Shown: piece after piece, positions 10,078 to 22,037 of the stretch
Layout of the letters: every line of letters starts with the position of its first letter
How positions within the stretch are numbered: position 1 is the first letter of the stretch
Assembly: GCA_017622925.1 (NCBI GenBank)
Contig: JAGAQC010000005.1
Span: forward strand, 269 to 64,268
Length of the DNA: 64,000 bases
DNA from: Ruminococcus sp.
GTDB taxonomy: Bacteria > Bacillota > Clostridia > Oscillospirales > Ruminococcaceae
Direction of reading: 5' to 3'
Notes under the pieces: model-generated
What the model was told of the DNA's origin: nothing
The model's database searches: none
The model's input: only the letters and a program-made list of their open reading frames with translations
Translations under genes and position numbers: made by a program

Positions 10078-10080
10078 TAG

Positions 10081-11238
<1,158 letters not shown>

Positions 11239-11270
11239 AACATCTGGTAAAACGTCGGGCAGGTGAAAAT

Positions 11271-12179
11271 ATGAAAAAAACAATGCTCCTCATGCTTTTT
11301 GCAATACTTCTGATACCGCCTGCCGTAAGCTGCGGAAAGCAGAATGATGAACAGTCGGGTAATACAATAGTTTACAGCGACGATTACCAATTGAATGACA
11401 GACAGAAAAATATACTCACAGCAGAGGGGTTGTCAACTGATTTTTCAAAGCTTGAAATATCTCAGAAACGTTCTATACAGAGAATCGAACAAATGCTCTG
11501 CTATCTCGAAACAAATTACGGAACAGAATTTGTTTATTCGGGATATATTGAGCAGGGAATAAACGAATCCGAAAAGCTGTATGCTTATCCGAAAAATATT
11601 GGTGCAAGGCAGACTATTACGGTAAAGGCAAAGGGTGACGGATTTACAGATGACTATTATGATTATTCTGTGGCGGATTATGCGGAAGAATTGATAGACG
11701 GTTATCTGTCCGAACAGTTTTCAAAAGAGGATTACAGATATTTTGCCAGTACAAATGCCTGTGATATTAAGATGTCGGAAATTGTTGACGCTAATTTTCA
11801 ATGGAAATATGGTGCTTCAAATATAATATTTATTAAAGCTGACGTATGCAATATGGACGAGGTGGAAGAATTTGCAGTTAATTATGCAAAATTTCTTTAT
11901 GAACATCAAATCGGTGGCGATCACAGAATCAATATTATGTGTTATTTTCCTGACATAGAATTTGTATGGGGTTCTGGAGACTGGTATCGTGACGCAGAAA
12001 ACGAGATGGGTTTTTATTGCTTTAGTATCCATCCAACATCGAATGAAATTATTATGGACAACACAGTATATAGTACTGATGAAAATGGAAAAGTAATAAC
12101 TCATAACAATAATCCAGTGGATTATGTAAAAACTATGGAAACTTATTCAATAGAAGAATATCTTGCTAAGTATGATTAA
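11271..12179 (+). CDS. Lipoprotein, tandem copy 1 (candidate immunity-type protein)
   Basis: Lipobox AVSC; AT-rich; near-identical to the next gene over the first ~220 aa. Confidence 0.85.
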   Translation: MKKTMLLMLFAILLIPPAVSCGKQNDEQSGNTIVYSDDYQLNDRQKNILTAEGLSTDFSKLEISQKRSIQRIEQMLCYLETNYGTEFVYSGYIEQGINESEKLYAYPKNIGARQTITVKAKGDGFTDDYYDYSVADYAEELIDGYLSEQFSKEDYRYFASTNACDIKMSEIVDANFQWKYGASNIIFIKADVCNMDEVEEFAVNYAKFLYEHQIGGDHRINIMCYFPDIEFVWGSGDWYRDAENEMGFYCFSIHPTSNEIIMDNTVYSTDENGKVITHNNNPVDYVKTMETYSIEEYLAKYD

Positions 12180-12192
12180 TAGGAGGTTTTAT

Positions 12193-13107
12193 ATGAAAAA
12201 AACAATGCTCCTCATGCTTTTTGCAATACTTCTGATACCGCCTGCCGTAAGCTGTGGAAAGCAGAATAATGAACAGTCTTGTAATACAATAGTTTACAGC
12301 GACGATTATCGCTTGAATGACAGACAGAAAAATATACTCACAGCAGAGGGGTTGTCAACTGATTTTTCAAAGCTTGAAATATCTCAGAAACGCTCTATAC
12401 AGAGAATCGAACAAATGCTCTGCTATCTCGAAACAAATTACGGAACAGAATTTGTTTATTCGGGATATATTGAGCAGGGAATAAATGAATCCGAAAAGCT
12501 GTATGCTTATCCGAAAAATATTGGTGCAAGGCAGACTATTACGGTTAAGGCAAAGGGTGACGGATTTACAGATGACTATTATGATTATTCTGTGGCGGAT
12601 TATGCGGAAGAATTGATAGACGGTTATCTGTCCGAACAGTTTTCAAATGAGGATTACAGATATTTTGCCAGTACAAATGCCTGTGATATTAAGATGTTGG
12701 AAATTGTTGACGCTAATTTTCAATGGAAATATGGTGCTTCAAATATAATATTTATTAAAGCTGACGTATGCAATATGGACGAGGTGGAAGAATTTGCAGT
12801 TAATTATGCAAAATTTCTATATGAACATCAAATTGACGGCACACACAGGATCAATATTATGTGTTATTTTCCTGACATAGAAATCAACAGTTGGAATAAT
12901 TGTGGTGAGTGGTATCGTGACGAAAAAGCAAATGTAGGTTTCTATTGTCTTTTTTTTCATTCGGAGAAGGAAATTCACATTGACAGCACAGCTTTTTCTA
13001 CTGATGAAAATGGAAAAGTAATAACTCACAATAATAATCCGGTAGATTATGTACACGATAGCCATAATTATCCTGTAGAAGAATATTTTGCTAAGTATGA
13101 TCAATAG
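12193..13107 (+). CDS. Lipoprotein, tandem copy 2
   Basis: RBS AGGAGG; lipobox AVSC; C-terminal ~85 aa diverged from copy 1. Confidence 0.85.
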   Translation: MKKTMLLMLFAILLIPPAVSCGKQNNEQSCNTIVYSDDYRLNDRQKNILTAEGLSTDFSKLEISQKRSIQRIEQMLCYLETNYGTEFVYSGYIEQGINESEKLYAYPKNIGARQTITVKAKGDGFTDDYYDYSVADYAEELIDGYLSEQFSNEDYRYFASTNACDIKMLEIVDANFQWKYGASNIIFIKADVCNMDEVEEFAVNYAKFLYEHQIDGTHRINIMCYFPDIEINSWNNCGEWYRDEKANVGFYCLFFHSEKEIHIDSTAFSTDENGKVITHNNNPVDYVHDSHNYPVEEYFAKYDQ

Positions 13108-13115
13108 GAGGTTTT

Positions 13116-13757
13116 ATGATAACCGCAATTTTCGATTTGGACGGCACTATAGCCGATACCATACAAGACCTTGCCGACGCTGTGAATCATGGTCTTAAAC
13201 AACTCGGGTGTCCTGAACATTCCGTAGAAAGCTATAAACAAATGGTCGGAAACGGCGCTCGGAAGCTTTGTATCCGTGCGCTGCCCGAATCACGAAAGTC
13301 CGAAGCTGAAAAGCTCCACGGGCTTTTTCGTGCGTATTACGGTATGCACTATCTCGACAATACCAAGCTTTATCCCGACATAAAAGAAACGATCGAAAAG
13401 CTTACCGAAAGCGGCGTAAAAGTAGCCGTTGCAACAAATAAGCCGCAGGACGTGGCAAGACAGGTCGTTAAAAGTTTGCTGCCCGATACAGAGTTTTACA
13501 AGGTACTCGGCGGCTGCGACGAACGCCCGAAAAAGCCTGATCCCGCTATAATTCGTGAAATACTCCGCGAACTTCCAAAGGATAATAAAGTATTCATGAT
13601 AGGCGACAGCAACGTTGACATACAAACCGCAAAAAACTCGGGACTTATTTCTATCGGCTGTATATGGGGATTCCGCAGCCGTGAGGAACTTGAAGCAGAG
13701 GGCGCGGACTTTATTGCAGTGGAATCCCACGACATTACAGATATTATTTTGAGGTGA
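13116..13757 (+). CDS. HAD-family hydrolase (phosphoglycolate phosphatase-like)
   Basis: FDLDGT, ATNK, KKPDP, IGDS-x-D. Confidence 0.92.
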   Translation: MITAIFDLDGTIADTIQDLADAVNHGLKQLGCPEHSVESYKQMVGNGARKLCIRALPESRKSEAEKLHGLFRAYYGMHYLDNTKLYPDIKETIEKLTESGVKVAVATNKPQDVARQVVKSLLPDTEFYKVLGGCDERPKKPDPAIIREILRELPKDNKVFMIGDSNVDIQTAKNSGLISIGCIWGFRSREELEAEGADFIAVESHDITDIILR

Positions 13758-13762
13758 TAGCT

Positions 13763-14398
13763 ATGGCTTACGATTCCGATTCTTTTATTAAAAATATTAT
13801 TGAACATTCCGAGAGATTAACGGCTATTATAGAAAACACCGATTTCGGCAATCACTCTCTCAATCCTAACATAATTCTTATCCCCTCTCTGTGGAATAAT
13901 ATCAACGACGCACTTATTGTATGGGCAATGGACACTAAGCCCGACTCCGAGGAGGAATGCCGAAAAAAGGCTGAAATTATTCTCCGCAGAGCCGGCAGAT
14001 TCAGTACCGATGCGGAAAACTGGCTTGCGGCAATGAAAAGCCTGCGGACGGTGTATACTTCGGATTTTCCCGAAATGGAGTTCAATAAAAACGACTGCAT
14101 GGTGTTTCTGAATGCTTACGATAATTTTATGTATTTGTTTTACACATCATGTTCCAGAGTTCAGCGTGCGCTGAATAATTTCGGAACTGATTACAAGCTG
14201 ATCTGTTCTATGCGTGAGAATTTTCTGAAAAATATATCGGGAGAGACTGTATCTGCGAAAACGCAGACCCTTGAATCCCACGAAAGCGAACAGTGTTCCC
14301 CCGTCGGCTCGGACGATATTGCGGAGCTTTTACGTCAGCTTTTAAAAGAAACCAGAAGAACAAACGAATTACTCGAAAAATTACTATCAAGAGGTTAA
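13763..14398 (+). CDS. Hypothetical protein
   Basis: RBS GAGGTG; C-terminal coiled-coil-like segment; in operon context. Confidence 0.75.
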   Translation: MAYDSDSFIKNIIEHSERLTAIIENTDFGNHSLNPNIILIPSLWNNINDALIVWAMDTKPDSEEECRKKAEIILRRAGRFSTDAENWLAAMKSLRTVYTSDFPEMEFNKNDCMVFLNAYDNFMYLFYTSCSRVQRALNNFGTDYKLICSMRENFLKNISGETVSAKTQTLESHESEQCSPVGSDDIAELLRQLLKETRRTNELLEKLLSRG

Positions 14399-14400
14399 TT

Positions 14401-15555
14401 ATGGCACGAAGATCAAAGAAAAAGACGCCCGAACTTTATACCGAAGAACAGCTCTCAAAAATTGAGGAGCATATCGAAAAATATTTCGGGCAGATAGAAA
14501 ACTACTATCAGGAAAAAGATACCGATGATATAAAATTAAATATTTATATCATTCCTCCGTCCGTTGAGCGGAGACATCTGACGCTCGTTACCGCAGGCAT
14601 GGGAGCGCATGAAATGAACGTTCCCGAGTCGCTCAGCGACCAAAAGCTTACAAGAGCCGAACTTGCGATATGTCTGCCGCCGAGCTGGAAGCTTGACAGC
14701 GACGACATTGAGTATTACTGGCCGCTTCACCTTGTAAAGCTTCTTTCAAGACTTCCGATCGAAGAAAACGCATGGCTCGGCTGGGGACATACGGTGGATT
14801 ACTGTTCGAGCTTCGCCCCGAATACCGATTTCAGCGGCGTTATCCTGACAAATCCCCCATTTGGCAACGAATCCTGCGTATGTAAGCTGTCCGACGACGA
14901 AGAAGTCAACTTTTATCAGATAATCCCGCTCTACAGCAGCGAGATAGCTTTCAAGAACAAGAACGGCGCGTCCGCGCTCCTCGGGGAATTAAGCGGCGAA
15001 TACAGCTATATCGTGGATACCGACCGCTCCCCTGCCGTCCCCGATGATTTCGGAAACATCATTGACCGTGTTGACGACCATTCGTACAAAATAGAAGAAA
15101 AAGATCTCGATCTGCCCGATATATGCGGCGCAAACCATATTGCCGCATTTTTCCGCTGGGCTATGGAACATGACTTGCTCTGCGATGAATTTACGGAATT
15201 TTTTGCGGACGAGCTTCCGCTCATTCTTAAAGGTAAATACGACATTCGCCGATTTATCATCAACTCCCTCGGCGGAGAGCTTACTATGGATATGTTTACC
15301 GAGCAAGGACAGGCTTTTGCTGAATTTTATTACGATTTCTACTGCGAACCGCCAAGTTATCCCGATGATGTTGATAAAATGGCTGAGGCATACTTTGGTA
15401 CGGAAAAATATAACTGCGAGGAATTCGCTGACGAGGCTTATCTGTTCGTTCCGTTCAATGACGACTATTTTTCCGCCATGTATAAGTATATCGACCACGC
15501 CTATTCCGATTTCTGCTACTATCAGGAACACGGAAAGCTCCCCGATGAAGAATAG
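14401..15555 (+). CDS. Suppressor-of-fused (SUFU) domain protein with an additional C-terminal domain
   Basis: HIEKYFG, TLVTAGMGAH, RAELAICLP, WLGWGHTV, VNFYQIIPLY-x-E; start at MARRSK after GAGG. Confidence 0.85.
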   Translation: MARRSKKKTPELYTEEQLSKIEEHIEKYFGQIENYYQEKDTDDIKLNIYIIPPSVERRHLTLVTAGMGAHEMNVPESLSDQKLTRAELAICLPPSWKLDSDDIEYYWPLHLVKLLSRLPIEENAWLGWGHTVDYCSSFAPNTDFSGVILTNPPFGNESCVCKLSDDEEVNFYQIIPLYSSEIAFKNKNGASALLGELSGEYSYIVDTDRSPAVPDDFGNIIDRVDDHSYKIEEKDLDLPDICGANHIAAFFRWAMEHDLLCDEFTEFFADELPLILKGKYDIRRFIINSLGGELTMDMFTEQGQAFAEFYYDFYCEPPSYPDDVDKMAEAYFGTEKYNCEEFADEAYLFVPFNDDYFSAMYKYIDHAYSDFCYYQEHGKLPDEE

Positions 15556-15563
15556 ACCTGTTT

Positions 15564-15664
15564 AGAGCTTGTTAAGTATCTCGGCGTGTGCGGATTTTCG
15601 AACGTAACAGACCTCCTCGGCAAACGGGAGGTCTATTGCTGTTGCTTGAGTTTTGAACAAGTTT
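15564..15664. mobile_element. Degenerate or variant family A element
   Basis: First ~43 nt match the family A end (AGAGCTTGTTAAGTATCTCGGCGTGTGCGGATTTTCGAACGTAA), then a different hairpin and a decayed right TIR GAGTTTTGAACAAGTTT. Confidence 0.65.
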
Positions 15665-15845
15665 ACCATAGCTGAGTTGTTATTTTAATGTTAAACTTTT
15701 TATTCAGTTCCTTTTTTATGCTTTTCAATTTGGCTTAAAATATTAATTTTAAATTAACATTTTTTCGTACTTGACAAACTTATGTTTTTGTAGTACAATA
15801 TAAAATATGTATAACTATATTTAAATAAAGGCGGTAAACAGACAA

Positions 15846-18602
15846 ATGGGACTTTTTAAAAATATCTTCGGTGCAAACGCTTACTCAAACAGAGAGCTAA
15901 AGCGTATTGAGCCTATTAAAAATAAGGTTCTTGAGCTTGAGGATGAATACTCTCAGCTTTCAGATGCAGAACTGAAAGCAAAAACTCCTGAATTCAAAGA
16001 CAGACTTGAATCAGGTGAAACTCTTGACGATATTCTCCCCGAGGCTCTTGCAACGGTGCGTGAGGGCGCTTGGCGTGTTCTCGAAAAGAAACCCTATCCC
16101 GTACAGATAATCGGCGCTATCGTTCTTCATCAGGGACGTATTGCCGAAATGAAAACAGGTGAAGGTAAAACTCTCGTTGCCTGCGTCGCCTCCTACCTGA
16201 ACGCTCTTTCGGGCAAAGGCGTTCACATCGTCACAGTAAACGATTACCTTGCTAAAACTCAGGCGGAGGAAATGGGAAAAGTTCTTCGCTGGCTCGGACT
16301 TACCGTCGGTTGTATTCTTCACGGTCTCAACAATGACGAAAGACGCGCCGCTTACAACTGCGACGTTACATACGCTACAAATAACGAGCTTGGATTCGAC
16401 TATCTCCGTGACAACATGGTAACGCACAAGGAACAGCGTGTTCAGCGCGAGCCTAATTTTGCTATCGTGGACGAGGTGGACTCAATACTTATCGACGAGG
16501 CTCGTACTCCTCTTATCATTTCCGGAAAGGGCGATAAGTCCACCGATCTATACGCAATTGCCGACCGCTTTGCCAAAACGCTCACTCCCACTACTGTTGT
16601 TGAAATGGACGACAAGGCAGATCAGGACGCTATCAATGAAACTGCTGATTATATCATTGACGAAAAAGCCAAGACCGCTACTATCACTCAGCGAGGAGTT
16701 AAAAAGGCTGAGGAGGTTTTCCGCGTCGAGAATCTTATGGATCCCGATAATATGACCCTCCTCCACCATATAAATCAAGCTATCAAGGCTAACGGCATAA
16801 TGAAAAACGAAATAGATTACGTTGTTCAGGACGGCGAGATCATCATTGTTGACGAATTTACAGGTCGTCTTATGCTCGGACGCCGTTTCAACGACGGTCT
16901 GCATCAAGCTATAGAAGCCAAAGAGGGCGTTAAGATAAAAAGCGAATCTAAAACCCTCGCTACTATCACTTTCCAGAATTTCTTCCGCCTTTACAATAAG
17001 CTTTCGGGTATGACCGGTACTGCCATGACCGAGGAGGACGAATTCAAGGAGATCTATAAGCTCGATGTTATCGCTATACCGACAAACAAGCCCGTTATCC
17101 GTATCGACCATAACGATCAGGTCTATACAACAGAAAAAGGCAAGTATTCCGCTATTATCGACAAGATCATCGAATGCCACGACAAAGGTCAGCCTATCCT
17201 TGTAGGTACTGTTTCCATTGAAAAATCCGAGCTTCTTTCCGCTATGCTCAAACGTAAGGGAGTCAAGCACGAAGTCCTCAACGCCAAGCATCACGCAAAG
17301 GAAGCCGAGATCGTTGCGCAGGCAGGTAAATACGGCGCTGTTACCATAGCTACCAATATGGCAGGTCGTGGTACTGATATTATGCTGGGCGGTAACGCTG
17401 AATTCCTTGCCCGTGCCGAGCTTAGAAAGCGTGAAATACCCGAGGAGATAATTTCTGAGGCGATAGGATTCGCAGATACCGACAACGAGCAGATACTCGC
17501 CGCAAGAAAGCTCTATCAGGAACTTTACAACAAGTATAATATCGAGGTCAAGGAAAAAGCCGAAAAAGTACGTGAAGTCGGCGGACTTTTCATTCTCGGT
17601 ACGGAACGTCACGAATCAAGACGTATCGACAATCAGCTCAGAGGTCGTTCGGGACGTCAGGGCGACGAGGGCGAAAGCTGCTTCTTCCTCTCCATAGAGG
17701 ACGACCTTATGCGTATCTTCGCAGGCGACCGCCTTGAAAATATGATGAAAATGTTTAACGTTGAAGAGACCATGCCTATCGAGAGCAAGGCTCTTACGCG
17801 TATTATCGAGTCCTCTCAGAAAAAGGTAGAGGGACGCAACTTCAGCATACGTAAAAACGTCCTTAATTACGACGACGTTATGAACACTCAGCGTGAGATA
17901 ATTTACAAACAGCGTTCGCAGGTACTTGACGGCGAGGACCTCCACAAGGATATTCTTAAAATGATGGAGGACCTTATTTCCGCAACCGTAAACGTTTACC
18001 TCTCGGACGACGATGAGCGGGAAAACTGGAACATGATCGGCTTGAAGGAATATTTCCTCGGCTGGCTTATCAGCGAAGAAGACCTTGACTTCACCGAAGA
18101 AGAACTGAAAACGGTTACCCGTGAGGAGATCACCAACGCTCTCATTGAAAAATGCGGAGAAATTTATCAGGCTAAGGAAGAAGAATACGGCAGCGAGATC
18201 ATTCGTGAAGTTGAGCGTGTTATTCTGCTTAAAGTCGTTGATACAAAGTGGATGTCCCATATCGACGATATGGAAGAACTTAAAAAGGGTATCGGTCTGC
18301 GTTCATACGGTCAGAAAAACCCTGTTATCGAGTATCGCTACGAGGGCTTTGAGATGTTTGACGCTATGGTCGAGTCGATACGAGAGGATACGGTCCGTGC
18401 GCTGCTGACCGTTAAACTGAGAAAGAACGAAGCTCCCGAGAGAGAACAGGTCGCTAAACCCGACGCACCCAATGCCGGCGCAGGCGATGGAAGCTTCTCC
18501 GAACAGGCAACCTCCAAAAAAATCGGCGACAACGATCCCTGCCCCTGCGGAAGCGGAAAAAAGTACAAAAAGTGCTGCAAACTCAAGGAAAATAATCAAT
18601 AA
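15846..18602 (+). CDS. secA: Preprotein translocase subunit SecA
   Basis: [38 protein letters not shown]-terminal [13 protein letters not shown]. Confidence 0.99.
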   Translation: MGLFKNIFGANAYSNRELKRIEPIKNKVLELEDEYSQLSDAELKAKTPEFKDRLESGETLDDILPEALATVREGAWRVLEKKPYPVQIIGAIVLHQGRIAEMKTGEGKTLVACVASYLNALSGKGVHIVTVNDYLAKTQAEEMGKVLRWLGLTVGCILHGLNNDERRAAYNCDVTYATNNELGFDYLRDNMVTHKEQRVQREPNFAIVDEVDSILIDEARTPLIISGKGDKSTDLYAIADRFAKTLTPTTVVEMDDKADQDAINETADYIIDEKAKTATITQRGVKKAEEVFRVENLMDPDNMTLLHHINQAIKANGIMKNEIDYVVQDGEIIIVDEFTGRLMLGRRFNDGLHQAIEAKEGVKIKSESKTLATITFQNFFRLYNKLSGMTGTAMTEEDEFKEIYKLDVIAIPTNKPVIRIDHNDQVYTTEKGKYSAIIDKIIECHDKGQPILVGTVSIEKSELLSAMLKRKGVKHEVLNAKHHAKEAEIVAQAGKYGAVTIATNMAGRGTDIMLGGNAEFLARAELRKREIPEEIISEAIGFADTDNEQILAARKLYQELYNKYNIEVKEKAEKVREVGGLFILGTERHESRRIDNQLRGRSGRQGDEGESCFFLSIEDDLMRIFAGDRLENMMKMFNVEETMPIESKALTRIIESSQKKVEGRNFSIRKNVLNYDDVMNTQREIIYKQRSQVLDGEDLHKDILKMMEDLISATVNVYLSDDDERENWNMIGLKEYFLGWLISEEDLDFTEEELKTVTREEITNALIEKCGEIYQAKEEEYGSEIIREVERVILLKVVDTKWMSHIDDMEELKKGIGLRSYGQKNPVIEYRYEGFEMFDAMVESIREDTVRALLTVKLRKNEAPEREQVAKPDAPNAGAGDGSFSEQATSKKIGDNDPCPCGSGKKYKKCCKLKENNQ

Positions 18603-18668
18603 GACATATACAGACGGTTATTTGAACCGACTGCATTCAGGAGACAAAATATTTTAAGAGGTGTAATT

Positions 18669-19700
18669 ATGAAAAAAACGGCAATTCTTTTAGCATTGTG
18701 CATGGCGGCTCTTTCGGGCTGCGGACGTGTGGACTCTGTCGATGTTGACAGCGACATCAAGCCCTTTGAGATCGAAAAAACGACCTCCGAGGAAGGCGAT
18801 TCGGATTCCGAAGAAATTCCTTCGGCGGCAGTAACAACGGTGTCGGGCGAAACTCAGACAGGTGTAACGACCGTTAAAACAGGCGCAGTAAATCTCATAA
18901 AAAGAACAGGCGTAGTTACCGCTGCAAAAAGGACAGTCGCTCCGAGCAGAGGTACGGTTCGTGTTCCCTCCCGTCCAAATAACAACACTCAAAGACCTGC
19001 CGGAACAAACGCCCCTACTGTTACCACAGCGGTTGTCACAACTACAGTCGCAGTAACCGCCCCCCCTGTAACAACTATTCCCGATTCTGAAAATCCGGCG
19101 GTTGTTGTCAGGGACGATATGACCTGCCGCGTAGGTGAAAACAGCATTTCTGTGACATATAAGGGCGAACCAGTCCAGAATATACAGATTTCCACGGACT
19201 TCATGATAAATGCCTACGCCAACGGAAATATCGACCCTTCCGTTCGCCTCAACATCAACGATTACGACTTTGACGGCAATTACGACTTGTTCGTTCCTCA
19301 GTCAAGCGATAATTACAACACTTACGGAAAATATCTCCGCTTCAATCCTACGACAAACGTATTCGAGGAATGGTCTGCGCTTGGCGATATTTCCACTTCT
19401 GCGCTTACATCTGCCGACGACGGTACGCTTGCCGCAACTGTAAAAACAAGCGATACCGAATTCGAAGAAAAAACCTACGAGTGGCAGACGGTCAATGAGG
19501 TAACAGGCGAAAAGCAGCTTACCCTTATACGCAAGAAAAAACAGTTCCTCCTCGATTCCGCAAATCCATACGACGTTTACATTGATTACTATGAGTATAC
19601 AAACGGCGTTGAGGAACTCGTGAAGCGTGAAAAGCACATTTACGATGAGAATAATCAGTATATCGGCGTTGAAGAGATACCGATCGAGTGGACAATATAA
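18669..19700 (+). CDS. Lipoprotein with Thr/Val-rich linker and DxDxDG (Ca-binding-like) motif
   Basis: Lipobox LSGC; TTAVVTTT linker; DYDFDGNYDLFVP. Confidence 0.8.
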   Translation: MKKTAILLALCMAALSGCGRVDSVDVDSDIKPFEIEKTTSEEGDSDSEEIPSAAVTTVSGETQTGVTTVKTGAVNLIKRTGVVTAAKRTVAPSRGTVRVPSRPNNNTQRPAGTNAPTVTTAVVTTTVAVTAPPVTTIPDSENPAVVVRDDMTCRVGENSISVTYKGEPVQNIQISTDFMINAYANGNIDPSVRLNINDYDFDGNYDLFVPQSSDNYNTYGKYLRFNPTTNVFEEWSALGDISTSALTSADDGTLAATVKTSDTEFEEKTYEWQTVNEVTGEKQLTLIRKKKQFLLDSANPYDVYIDYYEYTNGVEELVKREKHIYDENNQYIGVEEIPIEWTI

Positions 19701-19703
19701 ATA

Positions 19704-20471
19704 ATGTCTGGTTACAGCGTTTTTGCACGTTACTACGACAGCCTTACGGCAAATATCGACTACGGAAAACGTGCTGAATACTTTCACAAGATTATTGACC
19801 TTTTTAAAAAGACCGAGGGAAATATTCTGCTCGACCTTGCCTGCGGAACAGGCAGTATTGCCGAAGAAATGGCGAAATTAGGCTATGATGTTATCGGCGT
19901 GGACAATTCCGATGAAATGCTTGACATCGCCTTGAATAAAAAATTTGAAAGCGGACTTAATATTCAGTATCTTTGTCAGGATATGCGCAGACTTGATCTG
20001 TACGGCTCTGTTGACGTGACTGTCTGCGCTCTTGACAGCATAAATCATTTGAGAACCCTTTCAGATGTTAAAAAGGTTTTTGGCAATATTGCGCTGTTTT
20101 CAGAGCCTGACGCCTTATTCATCTTTGATGTGAACACTCTTTATAAGCACAGAAATATTCTTGCGAACAATACATTCACCTACGAAACGGACGAGGTTTT
20201 CTGCGTGTGGGAAAACACGCTGATCCCCGAAACCGACGAGGTGAAAATGAACCTCGAATTTTTTGAGCTTCAAGAAAACGGAATGTACTCCCGCAGCTCG
20301 GACAGCTTTTCTGAAATGGCATACAGCGAAGAAAATATAGAAAAGCTGCTAAAGGAATGCGGTTTTGAAGTATTGGGGAAGTACGGCGATGATACGCTCG
20401 CCTCCCCTGCTTCTGATTCTCAGCGTATCGTCTATGCGGCTCGCTGTATAAACAGCGGGCAGATTCTTTGA
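19704..20471 (+). CDS. Class I SAM-dependent methyltransferase
   Basis: LDLACGTG, GVDNSDEML, CQDMR. Confidence 0.92.
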   Translation: MSGYSVFARYYDSLTANIDYGKRAEYFHKIIDLFKKTEGNILLDLACGTGSIAEEMAKLGYDVIGVDNSDEMLDIALNKKFESGLNIQYLCQDMRRLDLYGSVDVTVCALDSINHLRTLSDVKKVFGNIALFSEPDALFIFDVNTLYKHRNILANNTFTYETDEVFCVWENTLIPETDEVKMNLEFFELQENGMYSRSSDSFSEMAYSEENIEKLLKECGFEVLGKYGDDTLASPASDSQRIVYAARCINSGQIL

Positions 20472-20483
20472 AAGGAACAATAT

Positions 20484-21368
20484 ATGGGCAACTTATACAG
20501 GGCGATCTCTGCCGACGGTTCGGCTTTTGCGGCTGTTCTTGACGCTAAGGATATTGTCTCGGAAATAGAAAAAATTCACAAAACCTCAGCCGTTGTTACG
20601 GCTGCTCTTGGGCGGCTGACTATAGCGGCTTCGCTCATGGGATATATGCTCAAAGGGGAAGAAAACAGTATTACTCTCCGTATAGACGGGGACGGTCCAT
20701 GCGGTCAGCTTGTCGCCGTTGCCGATTCTATGGGCAACGTTAAAAGCTGCGTGAACGATCCCGTTGTCGAACTGCCTTTGAACAGCCTTGGAAAGCTTGA
20801 CGTTTCAGGAGCTGTCGGAAAAAACGGCACGCTGTCTGTTGTAAAGGATTTAGGTCTCCGAGAACCCTACGTAGGCGTTATTCCGCTCGTTTCGGGCGAA
20901 ATTGCGGAAGATGTGGCAAATTATTATGCCTCCAGCGAGCAGATACCTACAGTATGCGCTCTCGGAGTTCTTGTTGATACCGACCTTACCGTAAAATCTG
21001 CCGGAGGATTTTTGATTCAGCTTCTTCCCTTTGCCGATGAAAAGTGCATTGATATTCTTGAAAAAAATGTTGCGGAAATGCGTCCCGTATCTGCGCTTTT
21101 GGCGGACGGCGTTACTCCCGAGGAAATTTCGGACATGCTTTTAAAGGGACTTGAACCAAACGAACTGGATAGATCAAACCCTGTATACAAATGCGATTGC
21201 AGCCGTAAGCGTACAGAACAGATACTTATCATCATAGGTCAGAAGGAACTCAGGTCTATCGCCGCTGAGGGAAAGGACACGGAAGTTTCCTGTCATTTCT
21301 GCGGAAAGAAATATATTTTCTCCCCTGCTGAAATTTCTGAACTTGCAAAGGGAGCAGCAGAGGAATAA
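20484..21368 (+). CDS. hslO: Hsp33 redox chaperone
   Basis: GEIAED, AGGFLIQLLP, CDC...CHFC zinc motif. Confidence 0.95.
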   Translation: MGNLYRAISADGSAFAAVLDAKDIVSEIEKIHKTSAVVTAALGRLTIAASLMGYMLKGEENSITLRIDGDGPCGQLVAVADSMGNVKSCVNDPVVELPLNSLGKLDVSGAVGKNGTLSVVKDLGLREPYVGVIPLVSGEIAEDVANYYASSEQIPTVCALGVLVDTDLTVKSAGGFLIQLLPFADEKCIDILEKNVAEMRPVSALLADGVTPEEISDMLLKGLEPNELDRSNPVYKCDCSRKRTEQILIIIGQKELRSIAAEGKDTEVSCHFCGKKYIFSPAEISELAKGAAEE

Positions 21369-22037
21369 ATGAAAAATATTATTATACCGACTGTATTTTT
21401 TATCACTCTATCTGTTGTTCTGACCTCATGCGGAAGTCCCGAAAATACAAAGGAACATGTTAAAACGGAAAATTTTGTAATGTATACCGACACTGAATAC
21501 CCCGAGGTCGCGTTAGAAACTCAGAACACTCAGACTGAATCTGCCGTTACGAAAAATTTCACATACGCTTTGAACGGCACTCGGGTCGAACTGTTAATTA
21601 ACGGTGAAACAGTAAAATATCTTGACTATTACTATACTCCCGACGTTAACGGAATATCTGTTGCGGACTTTGACTTTGACGGCTATGAAGATATTTTTAT
21701 TCCCTATGAATCGCCTTCGGATTACGGCACTTATTACAGCTACATTCCTGCTGAAAACAGTTTTTCGGAAAATGCAGAACTCAACTCTGTCGGCAGGATA
21801 ATGACCGTAAACGATGATAACACGCTTATTGAAGACCGCAGCGACGAAACGACCAATCGGACTATCGAGTACCAATGGATAAACCAAAAGCTCAGAGCCG
21901 TTAAAAAGACCGAGACCTACAGATCATCGGAAAGCGGCGAAATGCTTACGGATATGTATAACTATGACGAAAACGGCATAGAATACCTCGTAAGTACAAC
22001 AGGAAATGAAGCATCTGACGCTGTAGTAGGTGATTAA
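21369..22037 (+). CDS. Lipoprotein, paralogue of the C-terminal domain of 18669-19700
   Basis: Lipobox LTSC; DFDFDGYEDIFIP and YGTY match DYDFDGNYDLFVP and YGKY. Confidence 0.8.
   Translation: MKNIIIPTVFFITLSVVLTSCGSPENTKEHVKTENFVMYTDTEYPEVALETQNTQTESAVTKNFTYALNGTRVELLINGETVKYLDYYYTPDVNGISVADFDFDGYEDIFIPYESPSDYGTYYSYIPAENSFSENAELNSVGRIMTVNDDNTLIEDRSDETTNRTIEYQWINQKLRAVKKTETYRSSESGEMLTDMYNYDENGIEYLVSTTGNEASDAVVGD

Noticed and set aside
11900-13107. Diversity-generating retroelement explaining the variable lipoprotein C-termini
   Set aside because: Differences include indels and non-adenine changes; no reverse transcriptase or template repeat is present in the window.
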